From positions 87,516,972 to 87,580,971 of the forward strand of contig NC_068988.1 of the NCBI RefSeq assembly GCF_001194135.2: 64,000 bases of DNA. The letters run 5' to 3'. Source of the DNA: Octopus bimaculoides. Taxonomy: Eukaryota. The position numbers and the translations under genes were made by a program. The notes beneath the pieces are model-generated. The model did not search any database. It had not been told where the DNA came from and saw only the letters and a list, made by a program, of their open reading frames with translations. Shown here in pieces: positions 1 through 55,285 of the stretch (its first letter is position 1; each line of letters opens with the position of its first letter).

Positions 1-200
1 TCATAGCACAGCACTCCCCCCTGCCACTTCGCAGTGCTCAAAGCCACTCCACGTCACTCACTGCCACTTCATATCACTCATAGCACAGCACTCCCCGCTG
101 CCACTTCGCAGTGCTCAAAACCACTCCACGTCACTCACTACCACTTCATATCACTCATAGCACAGCACTCCCCGCTGCCACTTCGCAGTGCTCAAAACCA
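1..200. repeat. 77-bp tandem repeat, about 2.6 copies (runs off the window start)
   Basis: Unit tcatagcacagcactccccgctgccacttcgc... restarts at 1, 78 and 155. Confidence 0.9.
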
Positions 201-349
201 CACCACAACATTCCCTACCACTTCACAGCACTAATTGTCACTCCACATCACTCACTACCACTGTAAAATGAGCACTTTCGTGCAACTTCTGCTTCACAAC
301 ACTCTCTCCCCGTATCCAGTCAATCAATGTGTTTTTATTTCTGTTTCAG

Positions 350-43324
<42,975 letters not shown>

Positions 43325-43384
43325 AAATTGAAGGAATGAAGAAATGACAGACAACATAAAACAATGAAAAAAAAAGACGTGTCA

Positions 43385-43421
<37 letters not shown>

Positions 43422-43889
43422 CAGTAGTTGATATATCTCTAAAAGAAGCACACTCTAAAACATTAGAGCAGTAATGTATTTTTTTAGGAAGTTAAAAGAT
43501 ATGGCCAGTTATAGCGTGACCATTGGTTTTGCTCCTTTAAAATGCTTAGCATTATAAGTGACTCATCAAACTGAGATATGTCTGACGAGTCGCCTATACT
43601 GCTAAGTGCTTTATAGGTGTGAAGCCATTGGTCACTCTGTAACTGGTCATAACTTTTAATTCTTGAAATATACATATGAAAAGAAGAGCATTCCTTGAAG
43701 TAAAAGTGCGAAGATAAAGAGCTTCTTACAAATTGAAAAGGAAAAAAATTAATAACTTTTATATATTCTAGACATCATTAGAAGTGATCAGGGGTCAAGA
43801 AATGTTACTCCATACAGTAAGGGCCCTGTTGATTGTTATGGCTGCTTACATTTGATCATGGGTATTTGTACCTAAAATATATAAGGGTT

Positions 43890-43895
43890 AATAAA
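43890..43895 (+). terminator. Candidate GLDC polyadenylation signal AATAAA
   Basis: AATAAA about 565 nt after the stop, followed by T-rich sequence; use of a longer UTR cannot be excluded. Confidence 0.4.
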
Positions 43896-46259
43896 CTTTT
43901 CCCTTTTTACATTATAAGAAGCTCTCTGTCTTAATTATTTTACTATTTTGCTGCTTCACACACTTAAATACATATATAGTTTCGTCGCTTTGAGACCGTG
44001 ACCTCTTCACTGACAAAATTCCGTGCTCACGGAATTTTGTCAGTGAACAGGTCGCGGTCTTAAAGTGATGAAAATAATTTGGCAAATTAAATCTAAATGT
44101 TGAAGAGAATCTAACGGTTTTTGTGTGTTTTTAAATGTCTTATACACACCTTCCATGCTGCAATTGTTTTTGTGTGTGTGTGTGTATATATATATCAGGA
44201 AAAGTATATGTGCATGAAACAGCTTTAGATTAAAATAACAGTGTGTATAACATTTATAATATATATACAAATGTGGATTGGCACTGGCTGGAATGTCTCA
44301 GAGAATCTTCTCAATGAGTACTGTGTTTTTTTTTTAACATAAATCTCTGGGAAGTTTCGCTGTTCAATGTTTGTATATACATAAATGTTATTCACACCAG
44401 TGTGTGGGTGTGAAAATAATTTTTTTGATGCAGTATAAAATATGTGTGTGTGTGTGTGTGTTTATTCTTTTGTATGTACAAATGAAAAGGAAACTATTTC
44501 ACTCAATACAAGTATTAGAGTTTATTTTTATAAATTAAGAATCTGAAGTTTTAGGCATTTGCTCTGTTGTGTCTGTAAACTGTTGGAAACCAAGAAAATT
44601 TGAAACAGCAATGGAGCAAAACAAACTTCAAATGAGTGTTACTATGAGTGTAGATAGCACTACTGTATTCTGTCTCCAAATGTAAAAGTCTTTAATGTTT
44701 CACCAGGTGGTGAAGTAGTGGTTTCTATTCCTTCTACCATGATACCAGAGCTACCCTGGCTCACACCTGTTGGGGGTCCCCATTATGTAGGTGACATGAC
44801 TCCTGCTGCATAACAGTACAAAATGAGTTGGATCCAATAATGTGATTCTGAGATGGATATATAGGTGTGTGCACATGTGTGCAATGAAAATGCATGAACA
44901 CATTGGGCTGCATGATTTACTTATTTTGAAGCATTTTCAATGATTTAGAGAATTCCAGTTAGATTTTTACTTTCCCCCATTATTGCTTATCCCAGTTCTA
45001 ATTACACTATTTTTTGTCCATTAAAAATTTTTTTGGGATGTACTGTAAAAAATAGTTTTAATGAGAAAAGGATATTTTTATTTTTCAACAGTCTTTTGTC
45101 TAAAAGGATAAGACCACAGTTAAGGCTTTAATGAATTGAACCAATGTCTAAGAGATATGAGGTCACATTTAAAAAGACTTCTAAAAATTGTTTGAAAATA
45201 AATTTAAAGACTGCTTATCAGAGGCAGCTAAAAATGGTTTCTAGTCACCTCTGATGGGCAGTCTCAACACCACACTTTCAGTTGCAGTTCATACTGGAGT
45301 TTGAGTGGTAAACCAAACTAAGCACTCATAGTATATACCTGTTACTTTACCTCAGTTGATGAAAACTTCTTATATATTTTGTAAAACCAGATTTAAATGT
45401 TTTGAAGTCTTGATGTCAAAGTCAAAGGGCTCTTCATGGTTTGAAAGATCATTACTTAAAATTGGCTGAACCTGTTGAAAGAATAAGAGTAATACAAGTG
45501 TGACACTGATTTTCCGAAATCTTTGGTTCCAAAGCCAATCTGGGTTATTGATTTTTTGGAACCAGGGGTTCTAAATTTGCTTAAAAAGTTGAATGAAATA
45601 TATTAGTACAAATAATACAAGTTTATTAATACTGTACTGTACCAGGTACCAGTAAACTAGTTTTGATGACCATTGGAATTTGAAGTTCCTGCTTGTAAAT
45701 TAGCATGGATTGTAAACAATTCCAGACCTTCAGTGTCCAGAAACTTAGTGTTGTACCTGTACTTGATACTTGTATTTCTTTTAATGGTTGTTATTGGCTT
45801 GACTAATTTTTTGTGAGTTTTTAAGACAGACTCTAAACTTTGATTCAATTTAAATGTGCTGACAGGAGACATAACTGAAGATTTAAACCTTAATTTTACA
45901 TGCATTTGTCAACCAATTATGAGAATGGATTTAAAATATACAGCGTGGAAATTTAACAAATTTCATCTCAAATTTTTTTTCCTCCCAAATTTTCCTACGA
46001 AATGGCTAATCCTAAGTTTTACAATAGTTTGAATGGTATGAAAGTTGTTGGTAAAAATAGTTAGACTATATTTTTTAACAAATAACTCTTTCCTATATAA
46101 CATATAATCACTGCAACATATATGAAAGAAATGACTAGGATATAGACCCAGTCTATATCATCAAATACAAGATGTCAGATTTTCAATAAAAAAAAAAGGT
46201 GGAAAGCATAACCAAGTTGTTATCATTTAATTTGAGTTAGAATTCTGTTTTTTTTTCTG

Positions 46260-47440
46260 AACAAATATTGTTTTGTTTTTAATAAAATGATGCTCCTTTT
46301 GATGTGTTGGGGTATTGTTGCCTTCAGGTCCTAGAAATAGCTAGTTAACTAAGTGGTTTTCTTCTTAGGTGTTGGTACTGGTAGTTGGCATATCTTTCTT
46401 CTTTTAAATCATTTTCACATTGTCCAGTATACGTTTTTATTTTCTGTTTCATTATTTTGTAGCACTGAGCTGACCTCAGCTTCATAAATCTCTAACAGTG
46501 CATGTCTGGATCTCAACAGTTATCTCTTGGGGTAGGAATCTAGTGTGACTTACATGTAATTATATTTTTCATATTGGGGCTGCAACTGTAAGAAACTTTC
46601 CTCGAACATCTATTAAACATTTTATTATACCTGTGGCTATCTGGGAAATGCTTATCTATCAAGGCAAGGAACTTTTTGCCTATGTTTGTCTTAACATTCA
46701 AAAACAAAGAGGTGAACCATATACTCTTTCTAAGTTTGTTTTTAGACTTCATATATTTTATGGTAGCGGTTTACACTATCTTCTCTTTGATGCCACCCTT
46801 AGCCAAGGCTTTATTATAGTAGGAGACTGCCTTATTGAATATTTCCTTAGAGGAGGCATGATTTATGAAGCTGAGGTTATCTCAGTTTTACAAAATAATG
46901 AAACTCAAGAGAAAATGTATATTGGACTATGTGAAAGCAATTTCAAAATGAGATTATATTAATCACTAGTCTTCTTTCTGACATGTAGTCAGAAACAACC
47001 CACTAAGCTAGCAAGCCATATCTGGTACCAGCAATGTCCCACACATCATCAAGTGGAACATCATAGAATGATTCACACCATACACTAATGGATCAAAAAG
47101 GTATGGGACTTGTATAGCCAAAAGAACTTATATCCTTTCTAAATCCAAATATTCCACTGATCTACTGAATTCTGGATCCAAAATTTGCATCATTATCAAA
47201 CTAAAGAACACCACCCTCTCTAGATTAAGTGTATAGTCTCACAAACTTTAACTCTCCCCTGTTGATTTAACCACATATCTCCCCTCCATACTTTTTTTTT
47301 TTACTTAATCCCTTTTTTCATTTTCGTCTGACTCTTTCTCATTTTTTTCTTAGAGAGCAGGCATGTTGTATTCTGAGCCTGTAAAATTGCCTAGTAGAAC
47401 ACGACACACTGTACAACTTTGTTGAACTATTGTATTGTCA
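46260..47440. mobile_element. Penelope-like retroelement relics: - strand linker plus GIY-YIG (about 46260-46820) and an inverted + strand GIY-YIG copy (about 46820-47440)
   Basis: - strand RKSIWF..NVKTNIGKKFLALIDKHFP..KVSYSCSPNMKNII then IYEAEVSSVLQNNE; + strand IYEAEVISVLQNNETQEKMYIGLCESNFKMRL...LASHIW. Confidence 0.8.
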
Positions 47441-48967
47441 GAGGAAGAAAACTTCTAGTAGCTCACATTTAAATCTTGCGTATATTAAATTATATTTATC
47501 TCTCACTGGATGGAGTACTATTCTCTTGATCCCACCCATAATGGAACAGTATAAAATATATCTTTTATCTGTTTCAGTCATTAGATTTTGGCCATGCTGG
47601 GGCACCACCTTGAAGAACTTTTAGTCAAATGAATTGACCTTAGTACTTAATTTTCTTAAGCCGAACCACTAAGTTATGAGGACATCAACAAACCAACACC
47701 AGCTGTCGAGCTGTGGTGGGGGACAAACACACATACATATATGATGAGCTTCCTTCAGTTTCCGTCTATCAAAACTTTGGTCATTCTGAAGTTGTCGTAG
47801 AAGGCACTTGCCCTAAGTGCCATACAGTGGCACTGAATACAAAACCATGTGTTTGGGCAGCAAACTTCTGATCGCATAATCTTTCAGTATCTTACGTGAT
47901 ATTATTTTCATGTGTCTCTTTGTATTTTGCCATCCCACTTGCTTAATTCATACCATTATTTCCAGAAAAACCATATTATTTGACGAAAATGAAAATGATA
48001 TGCTAAACTTAATGATCATCTCTATTTGAAACTAGTACCTTCTTACATACAAAGCAATCCATCCTGATAATAGGATTTTGCTCTTTTTACTAGGAATTTA
48101 AAATCTTTTCTAGAGCTTATTATGGACTGAGCCACATCAATACAAGTTCTACTGCAAATTTCTCTTTGTCGAAGTAGACAGATAAAACATCCAAGGCACT
48201 TTGGTCTTTCTCTTAATATGTGAAATTTCGAAGATGGCGAGCTGGCAGAACCATTAGCACAATGGACGAAATGCTTAGTGGTATTTCGCCCATCACTACA
48301 AGTTCAAATTCTGCTGAGGTCGACTTTGCCTTTCATCCTTTTGGGAGTCAATGAAATAGGTACCAGTTACGCACTGGAATCGATGAAATCGACTACCCAA
48401 CTCCCCCACATTTCAGGCCTTATGCCTATAGTAGAAAAGAATATGTGAGATTTCTTTGCTGTAAATATTTAAAAAAATGTTAAGAACTCCTTCGGTCATG
48501 AATGGTCACAGGATAACATCTAGAAAATTACCCTCTGAGGCACAAGTCCGGGCAAGGTTGTTTATTGAAGACCAGCAGTTATCCATGCATACCAGCCTCT
48601 CCTCTCCAAGCCACTGATGTTATCTAAGGGAAAGGCAGAGGCCGATACATCTTGGCACCAGTGAACTGGAACAATGTGAAATAAGATGTCTTGCTCAAGA
48701 ACACAACACACAGCTTGGTCCAGGAATCAAACTTATTACCTCAATGATTGTGAGACCGATGCTATAACCACTGGGCCATCAAATAAATACTAATTCAGGA
48801 TTTGAAGTCCATTAAGAAAGTAAGTAAACTGCAACTTGTCAGTGGAAAGTGAATTTCATTTGTTTGACGTATATTGCATATAAATAATGGAGTGAACTTT
48901 ATTTGACTCTTTACCTATTCAAAGTATTGTTTTCAGACTTTTCACATGTTCTGAGTAACATAAAGCT

Positions 48968-49403
48968 GGTAATCTTTCAGTTTAGGGAGGTAAAAATACA
49001 AGGGAAATAACTTGACGTCTTACTAGTATTACTCTGAAATCTGTTTTTTAAAAAATTTTTTTTTTTAGCTGTTTATAAATAAATCACACACGTGATTGAA
49101 GTTAACTGTTTATATATAAATCACACGCCTGATTGAATATCATACTACCGGCTGCACAACAACTTATGGTAATCTTCCAGTATAGGGAAATAATGGTCCA
49201 ACTAAAGCGTTTGACCCGAGCTCAAAAGTATTAAAAAAAAATTAGTGTAATAGGTGTAAAACAACTTGCTGTGAACGAATATGAAAAAAAAAAAATGCGG
49301 GCTCGCGAATGAGTGAGGTAGAGAGAGTACGGATAATACTCGGTAAGTTATTTCCCTTGTATTTTTATTTACTTTTTTTACCTCCCTAAACTGGAAGATT
49401 ACC
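48968..49403. mobile_element. GG-terminal MITE with 9-bp TSD (Merlin- or Mutator-like)
   Basis: TIR GGTAATCTTYCAGTTTAGGGAGGTAAAAA (28/29); flanks CATAAAGCT / TATAAAGCT; extra terminus copy at 49168. Confidence 0.8.
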
Positions 49404-52400
49404 TATAAAGCTTTTCCGTCCATGAGTCCCAAGTTATTCTGGTGGTTGAAGATATGTGGGAATGCGTATCATATATGATACACGTATGCCAGTGAAATAT
49501 GTCCGGCGTATCACATGTAATACACAAGACAGAGAAAGGGTTGTTCATTGTTTTGTTTTATTTCCTAGCATAGTTTCGATATCTATGAAATTTAATCCCC
49601 AAAATGGAAAATTCTCAAAATGGGAAATGAGTTGGTTGATTACTTTGTGATTGCCAAAATAAACATTATTAAAAAAAAGTTACGAGGGAAAGGAACATAT
49701 AGGATAATATCCATAGCCTGTGTTGGTCATGCTTGGGAATCCCTCTACAAGGTCTAATGACAGTTGCTTCTGATAGGACCCTATGGCGGAGGTACTTGAG
49801 GACTCTGCCCCAACAACAAGTTGTGGACCAAGGGTAGACCAAGAAAGAGAGAGTTGGATAATATTGCGCATTATTGAACCATGGACAGAATCTCGCATCT
49901 TAGCTGTTGTTCTGTCTCTCCATGCCATTAACCCACTGGTTTACTGGGTCTCCCACTTCTAGGTTCAGTAAAAAATGAGATATTTAAATCTAACACAGCA
50001 TCAGATCATTATTGAGAACAGATTTAAATAAATATCCCATTTTTAAGCTTGTTCTTGTTGCTACAGAGACGACCTTCTGAATAAAGGTATTTATAATTAG
50101 TTCAATAGCATTGCAAGTTGATAGAGGTTTCAATCTCCACTTATTAAAGTTTTTTTTTTAAAAANNNNNNNNNNTTAAAAAAAAAAAAAAAAAAGCAAAA
50201 AGAAAAAGAATTTAAATGAAAAATCTTACACTCTGGTCTGACTCGAATCCACCACCAGATTATGCAGGATGTCCTATCACTGCTTATTTATCTGTGTCTT
50301 TACTTACATTGGGTGCCCTGTTAATTTCTGTGGAAAATAAGATAATTAAATCTACCACAGCATCAAATCAATAATAAAAATAGATTTAAATATCTCATTT
50401 TTGATCTGTATTTTCAGTTGTTGGTTTGATGGCCTAATGGTTAAAGGTGTTAGTAATTTAACTAATAACCTTGTGTGCAGGTAGAGGTTTCAATCTCTAT
50501 CTAGAAATATATTTTAAAAAAATATTTTTGTATAAACATAAAAAAAGACTCTTACCTTCTTGCCCCATCCTGACCAGGTTTGAACCCTGGACAGGACACT
50601 TCAATTAACAGAGAAATGCCTTTAAAACAGTTGTGGGGCAAAGACTATTCATCCCATGGCCAGNNNNNNNNNNNNNNNNNNNNNNNNNNNNNNNNNNNNN
50701 NNNNNNNNNNNNNNNNNNNNNNNNNNNNNNNNNNNNNNNNNNNNNNNNNNNNNNNNNNNNNNNNNNNNNNNNNNNNNNNNNNNNNNNNNNNNNNNNNNNN
50801 NNNNNNNNNNNNNNNNNNNNNNNNNNNNNNNNNNNNNNNNNNNNNNNNNNNNNNNNNNNNNNNNNNNNNNNNNNNNNNNNNNNNNNNNNNNNNNNNNNNN
50901 NNNNNNNNNNNNNNNNNNNNNNNNNNNNNNNNNNNNNNNNNNNNNNNNNNNNNNNNNNNNNNNNNNNNNNNNNNNNNNNNNNNATATTTTTGTATAAAAG
51001 AAAAAAGAAAAAAAAGACTCTTCCTCCATCCTGACCAGGTTTGAACCCCAGACAGGACACTTCAGTAATTTAACCAACAACCTTGTATGATGGTAGAGGT
51101 TTCAATCTCTATCTAGAAATATATTTTAAAAAAATATTTTTGTATAAACATAAAAAAAGACTCTTACCTTCTTGCCCCATCCTGACCAGGTTTGAACCCT
51201 GGACAGGACACTTCAATTAACAGAGAAATGCCTTTAAAACAGTTGTGGGGCAAAGACTATTCATCCCATGGCCAGCACCTCTAGAAAGGAAATGGTTGCT
51301 TTTCTGAGATTATCTGGAGTAAAAGACTAGTTTTAATCCCTTAGTATTCAGATTACCCTGTCAAGAGTAAAGTTTATTTATTCATATTGTTTTGAATAAA
51401 TCTTGCATTATCATATTGACATCTTATAACTTTGTGATAATTTTTTTTTAGAATGACATTGTAGGGTAGGTATGAGGGGTTGGATTTCGTCAGTTTGAAC
51501 ATGAACTAAGTAGAATATTTGGGCTGGTTTAAATAAGTAACTTGGTGGTTCAAACCAGAGTAAGCAACCATCTGGAAGAATAATTGCATGTTTTCTTCTT
51601 GTGCATTTTACTTCTCAAGGATGTGAGGGTTGATGGAAGAGGAAATTCATTTTTTTTTTTTTATTATGCCATATTCACTGAACTTGGCATTTATAGTTTT
51701 CATGAAGTTTGGATGTTGACTGATATTCGTGTGTCTGTAGCTTTTGTAATTACCCGAAGGGTGGGGCTAGTATGTAGAAGCTGTTTGAGAATCACTTGTT
51801 TAAATTTGATGGTTGAAGTCCTTCAGAATTGTTTCTTGTGTAAGCGTTACAAGTTGCCTGGAATACAGCTCTGCTCACTTCTTGTGTCTAGCGGGGTGTT
51901 TTGTGAAAGCATGAATTTGAAGTTTACATTATATTAAATGATCAGCATCTGCATTGAAGTTACTAGCAGAAAGATGGTCCTTGATCACTCCATGTGTGTG
52001 TGGCAGGGGTGGTAATTACAGGTCAAGAATTGAACTTCATAGCTATTTCAGATGTTCTTCTCTCATACTTCTCTGCAGGCATTCTCCATAAACGGCAAGA
52101 CTGACAGATATTCCCACTACAGATCTTGTCTGTAAAGGGCCGTATTTTCCAATGGTGATAGAGGTGTGATTTGAAGAAAATTTAGTTGGTATACTTATCA
52201 CGTTGAGCATCCACATAGAGGCATTCTCTTGTTAGTTTGAAGTAAACTTTACCACTGCTGTTGCTGTATAGTCCCCAGATCAGATGCAGTTGAATAAATC
52301 TATGTTCTAATCACAACAACCTCATTGTTTGTAAATCAGAAATTATATTGTTCAATAAAATCATTGTTTAAGATAGTAGAGTGTAATTTATGGGAGATTT

Positions 52401-52843
52401 AGCCACAATATTCAGCAGATTCAGCACTTATGTGTCAGCCTCTTGATTGAACAGTCAAGGCCAAGTGATTAGAGTTACACTCACGATCACAAGATCAAGG
52501 TTTCGATTTCTGGACTGGGCACTGTGTTGAAATCTATTCTTGAATAAAACGCATCATTTCGTTTTGCTCCAGTCCACTCAGCTGTAAATGAGTAACCCTG
52601 CGGTTGCCTGGCATCCCATTCAAGGTGAGGGCTGAGGTCTCAGTCACTTATATGTCATGGAAACCAAATAAAAGACTCTACAAATCATAGAATTTGAGAC
52701 AGTAATTTCCAGGGAATAATTAACTCAGTTGCTTCCCAAACACATGGCTTTGGGTTCAGTCCTACTGTATTGTACTTTGAGCAAGTTTCTTCTAATATAA
52801 ACCCAGGCCATCCAATGCATTGTGAGTGGAAGCCCATTGCATA

Positions 52844-53762
52844 CGTGGTCTGATTAATAAGTATCTGGAGTGTTGCTATAGTAACGAAGCTAAAGCCCGG
52901 AGAGTGAAACCGCTTAGCACAGATTGACCTTGAACTCTGCTGTGCATGCACACTAAGTTCTAACGTTCTAGCTCATTTTCGCTGTTTACAGCAGTGCTTG
53001 TAAGGAACATGTGTAGCATGTGATCATCACATTGATCATAACAGAGAAAGTTGAGCAGAGAATCTGCACCAAATTTTGCTAAAAGCTTGACGATACCTGT
53101 TCAGAGGTTTAGGCAAAATTGCAGAAAGTGTACAGAGAGGAGGGTACGAACCACACACAAGTGTACGAGTGGTTCACATGTTGCCAAGATGGCCAAAAAA
53201 GCAGCAGAACTGAGTTGAAGCAATGTGAAGACATTGTTGACTGCTTTCTTTGACTACATGGGGATTGTTTATCATGAGTATGCTCCACCTGGTCAGACAG
53301 TAAACAAGGAGTACTGCCGTGACATTTTGCAGCATGCTATTTGTCAGAAAAGGCCCCAATTGCATGCCTCTGATGAGTGGCAATTTCACCATGACAGCGT
53401 ACCTGCCCATTCAGTGTAGCTTGTGCAGTAGTTTTTCGTTAGGCACAGCATTCCCCAGGTCCAACAGCCACCGTATTCCCCAGATCTCGCCCCTTGTAAC
53501 TTTTTCCTCTTTCCAAAAACCAAATCCCACTTGTAAGAAAAAAGATTTCAGAACATTGAGGAAATCAAAGTGAATGCGACAAGGCAGCTGCTGATTAACC
53601 CAGAAAACGAGTTCCAGGAATGCTTCTATCAATGGAAACAGTGCTGGATTAAGTGTGTGGCTTCCGAAGGTGACTACTTTGAAGGAGATTCAATGCCAAA
53701 TTGGTAAGTGTTGTAGTTTTGTTTTTATATCACCAGTCCGGATACTTATTGATCAGACCTCG
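52844..53762 (+). mobile_element. Internally deleted mariner transposon
   Basis: TIR cgaggtctgatcaataagtatccgga with TA flanks; EQRICTKF..., TQVYEWF, KTLLTAFFDYMGIVYHEYAPPGQTVNKEY, PYSPDLAPCNFFLFPK. Confidence 0.9.
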
Positions 53763-53792
53763 TATATCTTTATCTATATATAGATATATATA

Positions 53793-54002
53793 CAGGGTGT
53801 CCACAAAGTCTGGGTACATAGAGTAAATAATATCATAACATAAACAATTAAATATAAGAAATAATAATTTCTTAAAGTATGTGTTAATCTCATGTGGGTA
53901 CATGGAGTATGTAAAATCATAACATAAACAATTAAGTATAAGAAATAATAATTTCTTAAAGTATGTGTTAATCCCATGTACCCAGACTTTGTGGACACCC
54001 TG
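53793..54002. mobile_element. Tc1/mariner MITE (210 bp) with internal ~84-bp duplication
   Basis: Perfect 27-bp TIR CAGGGTGTCCACAAAGTCTGGGTACAT, TA flanks. Confidence 0.9.
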
Positions 54003-54249
54003 TATAATGATCAAAATACAGCAGGTAAGAATATGCTTAGGAGAACTCAGTATATCTAGCGGGACACCCCCTTCTTTATGTGTGTACCTGATGTGAGTCA
54101 AACTGCACAGATTGATGTCACACAATTAGATGCACAACATTCTACCCATGATGGCTAGTTGCAGGATGAGTTGAAATGATCATCATACTGAATAAAGACT
54201 AGTGCTAAATTTATCTTCCATTTCCTTCATTAATAATCATCATCATCAT

Positions 54250-54460
54250 CATCATCGTTTAACGTCCGCTTTCCATGCTAGCATGGGTTGGACGATTTGA
54301 CTGAGGACTGGTGAAACCGGATGGCAACACCAGGCTCCAGTCTGATTTGGCAGAGTTTCTACAGCTGGATGCCCTTCCTAACGCCAACCACTCAGAGAGT
54401 GTAGTGGGTGCTTTTACGTGTCACCCGCACGAAAACGGCCACGCTCGAAATGGTGTCTTT
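54250..54460. mobile_element. Dispersed repeat family C (about 8 copies, e.g. 2380-2560, 4380-4665, 6435-6605, 13910-14110, 16500-16710, 57915-58060)
   Basis: Shared (CAT)n-ccatgctagcatgggttggac...ctggatgcccttcctaacgccaaccac; probably SINE 3' parts. Confidence 0.75.
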
Positions 54461-55235
54461 NNNNNNNNNNNNNNNNNNNNNNNNNNNNNNNNNNNNNNNN
54501 NNNNNNNNNNNNNNNNNNNNNNNNNNNNNNNNNNNNNNNNNNNNNNNNNNNNNNNNNNNNNNNNNNNNNNNNNNNNNNNNNNNNNNNNNNNNNNNNNNNN
54601 NNNNNNNNNNNNNNNNNNNNNNNNNNNNNNNNNNNNNNNNNNNNNNNNNNNNNNNNNNNNNNNNNNNNNNNNNNNNNNNNNNNNNNNNNNNNNNNNNNNN
54701 NNNNNNNNNNNNNNNNNNNNNNNNNNNNNNNNNNNNNNNNNNNNNNNNNNNNNNNNNNNNNNNNNNNNNNNNNNNNNNNNNNNNNNNNNNNNNNNNNNNN
54801 NNNNNNNNNNNNNNNNNNNNNNNNNNNNNNNNNNNNNNNNNNNNNNNNNNNNNNNNNNNNNNNNNNNNNNNNNNNNNNNNNNNNNNNNNNNNNNNNNNNN
54901 NNNNNNNNNNNNNNNNNNNNNNNNNNNNNNNNNNNNNNNNNNNNNNNNNNNNNNNNNNNNNNNNNNNNNNNNNNNNNNNNNNNNNNNNNNNNNNNNNNNN
55001 NNNNNNNNNNNNNNNNNNNNNNNNNNNNNNNNNNNNNNNNNNNNNNNNNNNNNNNNNNNNNNNNNNNNNNNNNNNNNNNNNNNNNNNNNNNNNNNNNNNN
55101 NNNNNNNNNNNNNNNNNNNNNNNNNNNNNNNNNNNNNNNNNNNNNNNNNNNNNNNNNNNNNNNNNNNNNNNNNNNNNNNNNNNNNNNNNNNNNNNNNNNN
55201 NNNNNNNNNNNNNNNNNNNNNNNNNNNNNNNNNNN

Positions 55236-55285
<50 letters not shown>

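Noticed and set aside
44611-44813. Frameshifted reading MEQNKLQMSV.. / LSPNVKVFNVSP.. resembling a PAM2-like motif
   Set aside because: Needs a frameshift, is short, and I cannot name a homologue
45657-45905. 82-aa - strand ORF with a possible acceptor, as terminal exon of a convergent gene
   Set aside because: No recognisable homology and no upstream exons found
50480-51275. Identical ~185-bp blocks either side of the 50664-50983 gap
   Set aside because: Perfect identity across a gap suggests assembly duplication
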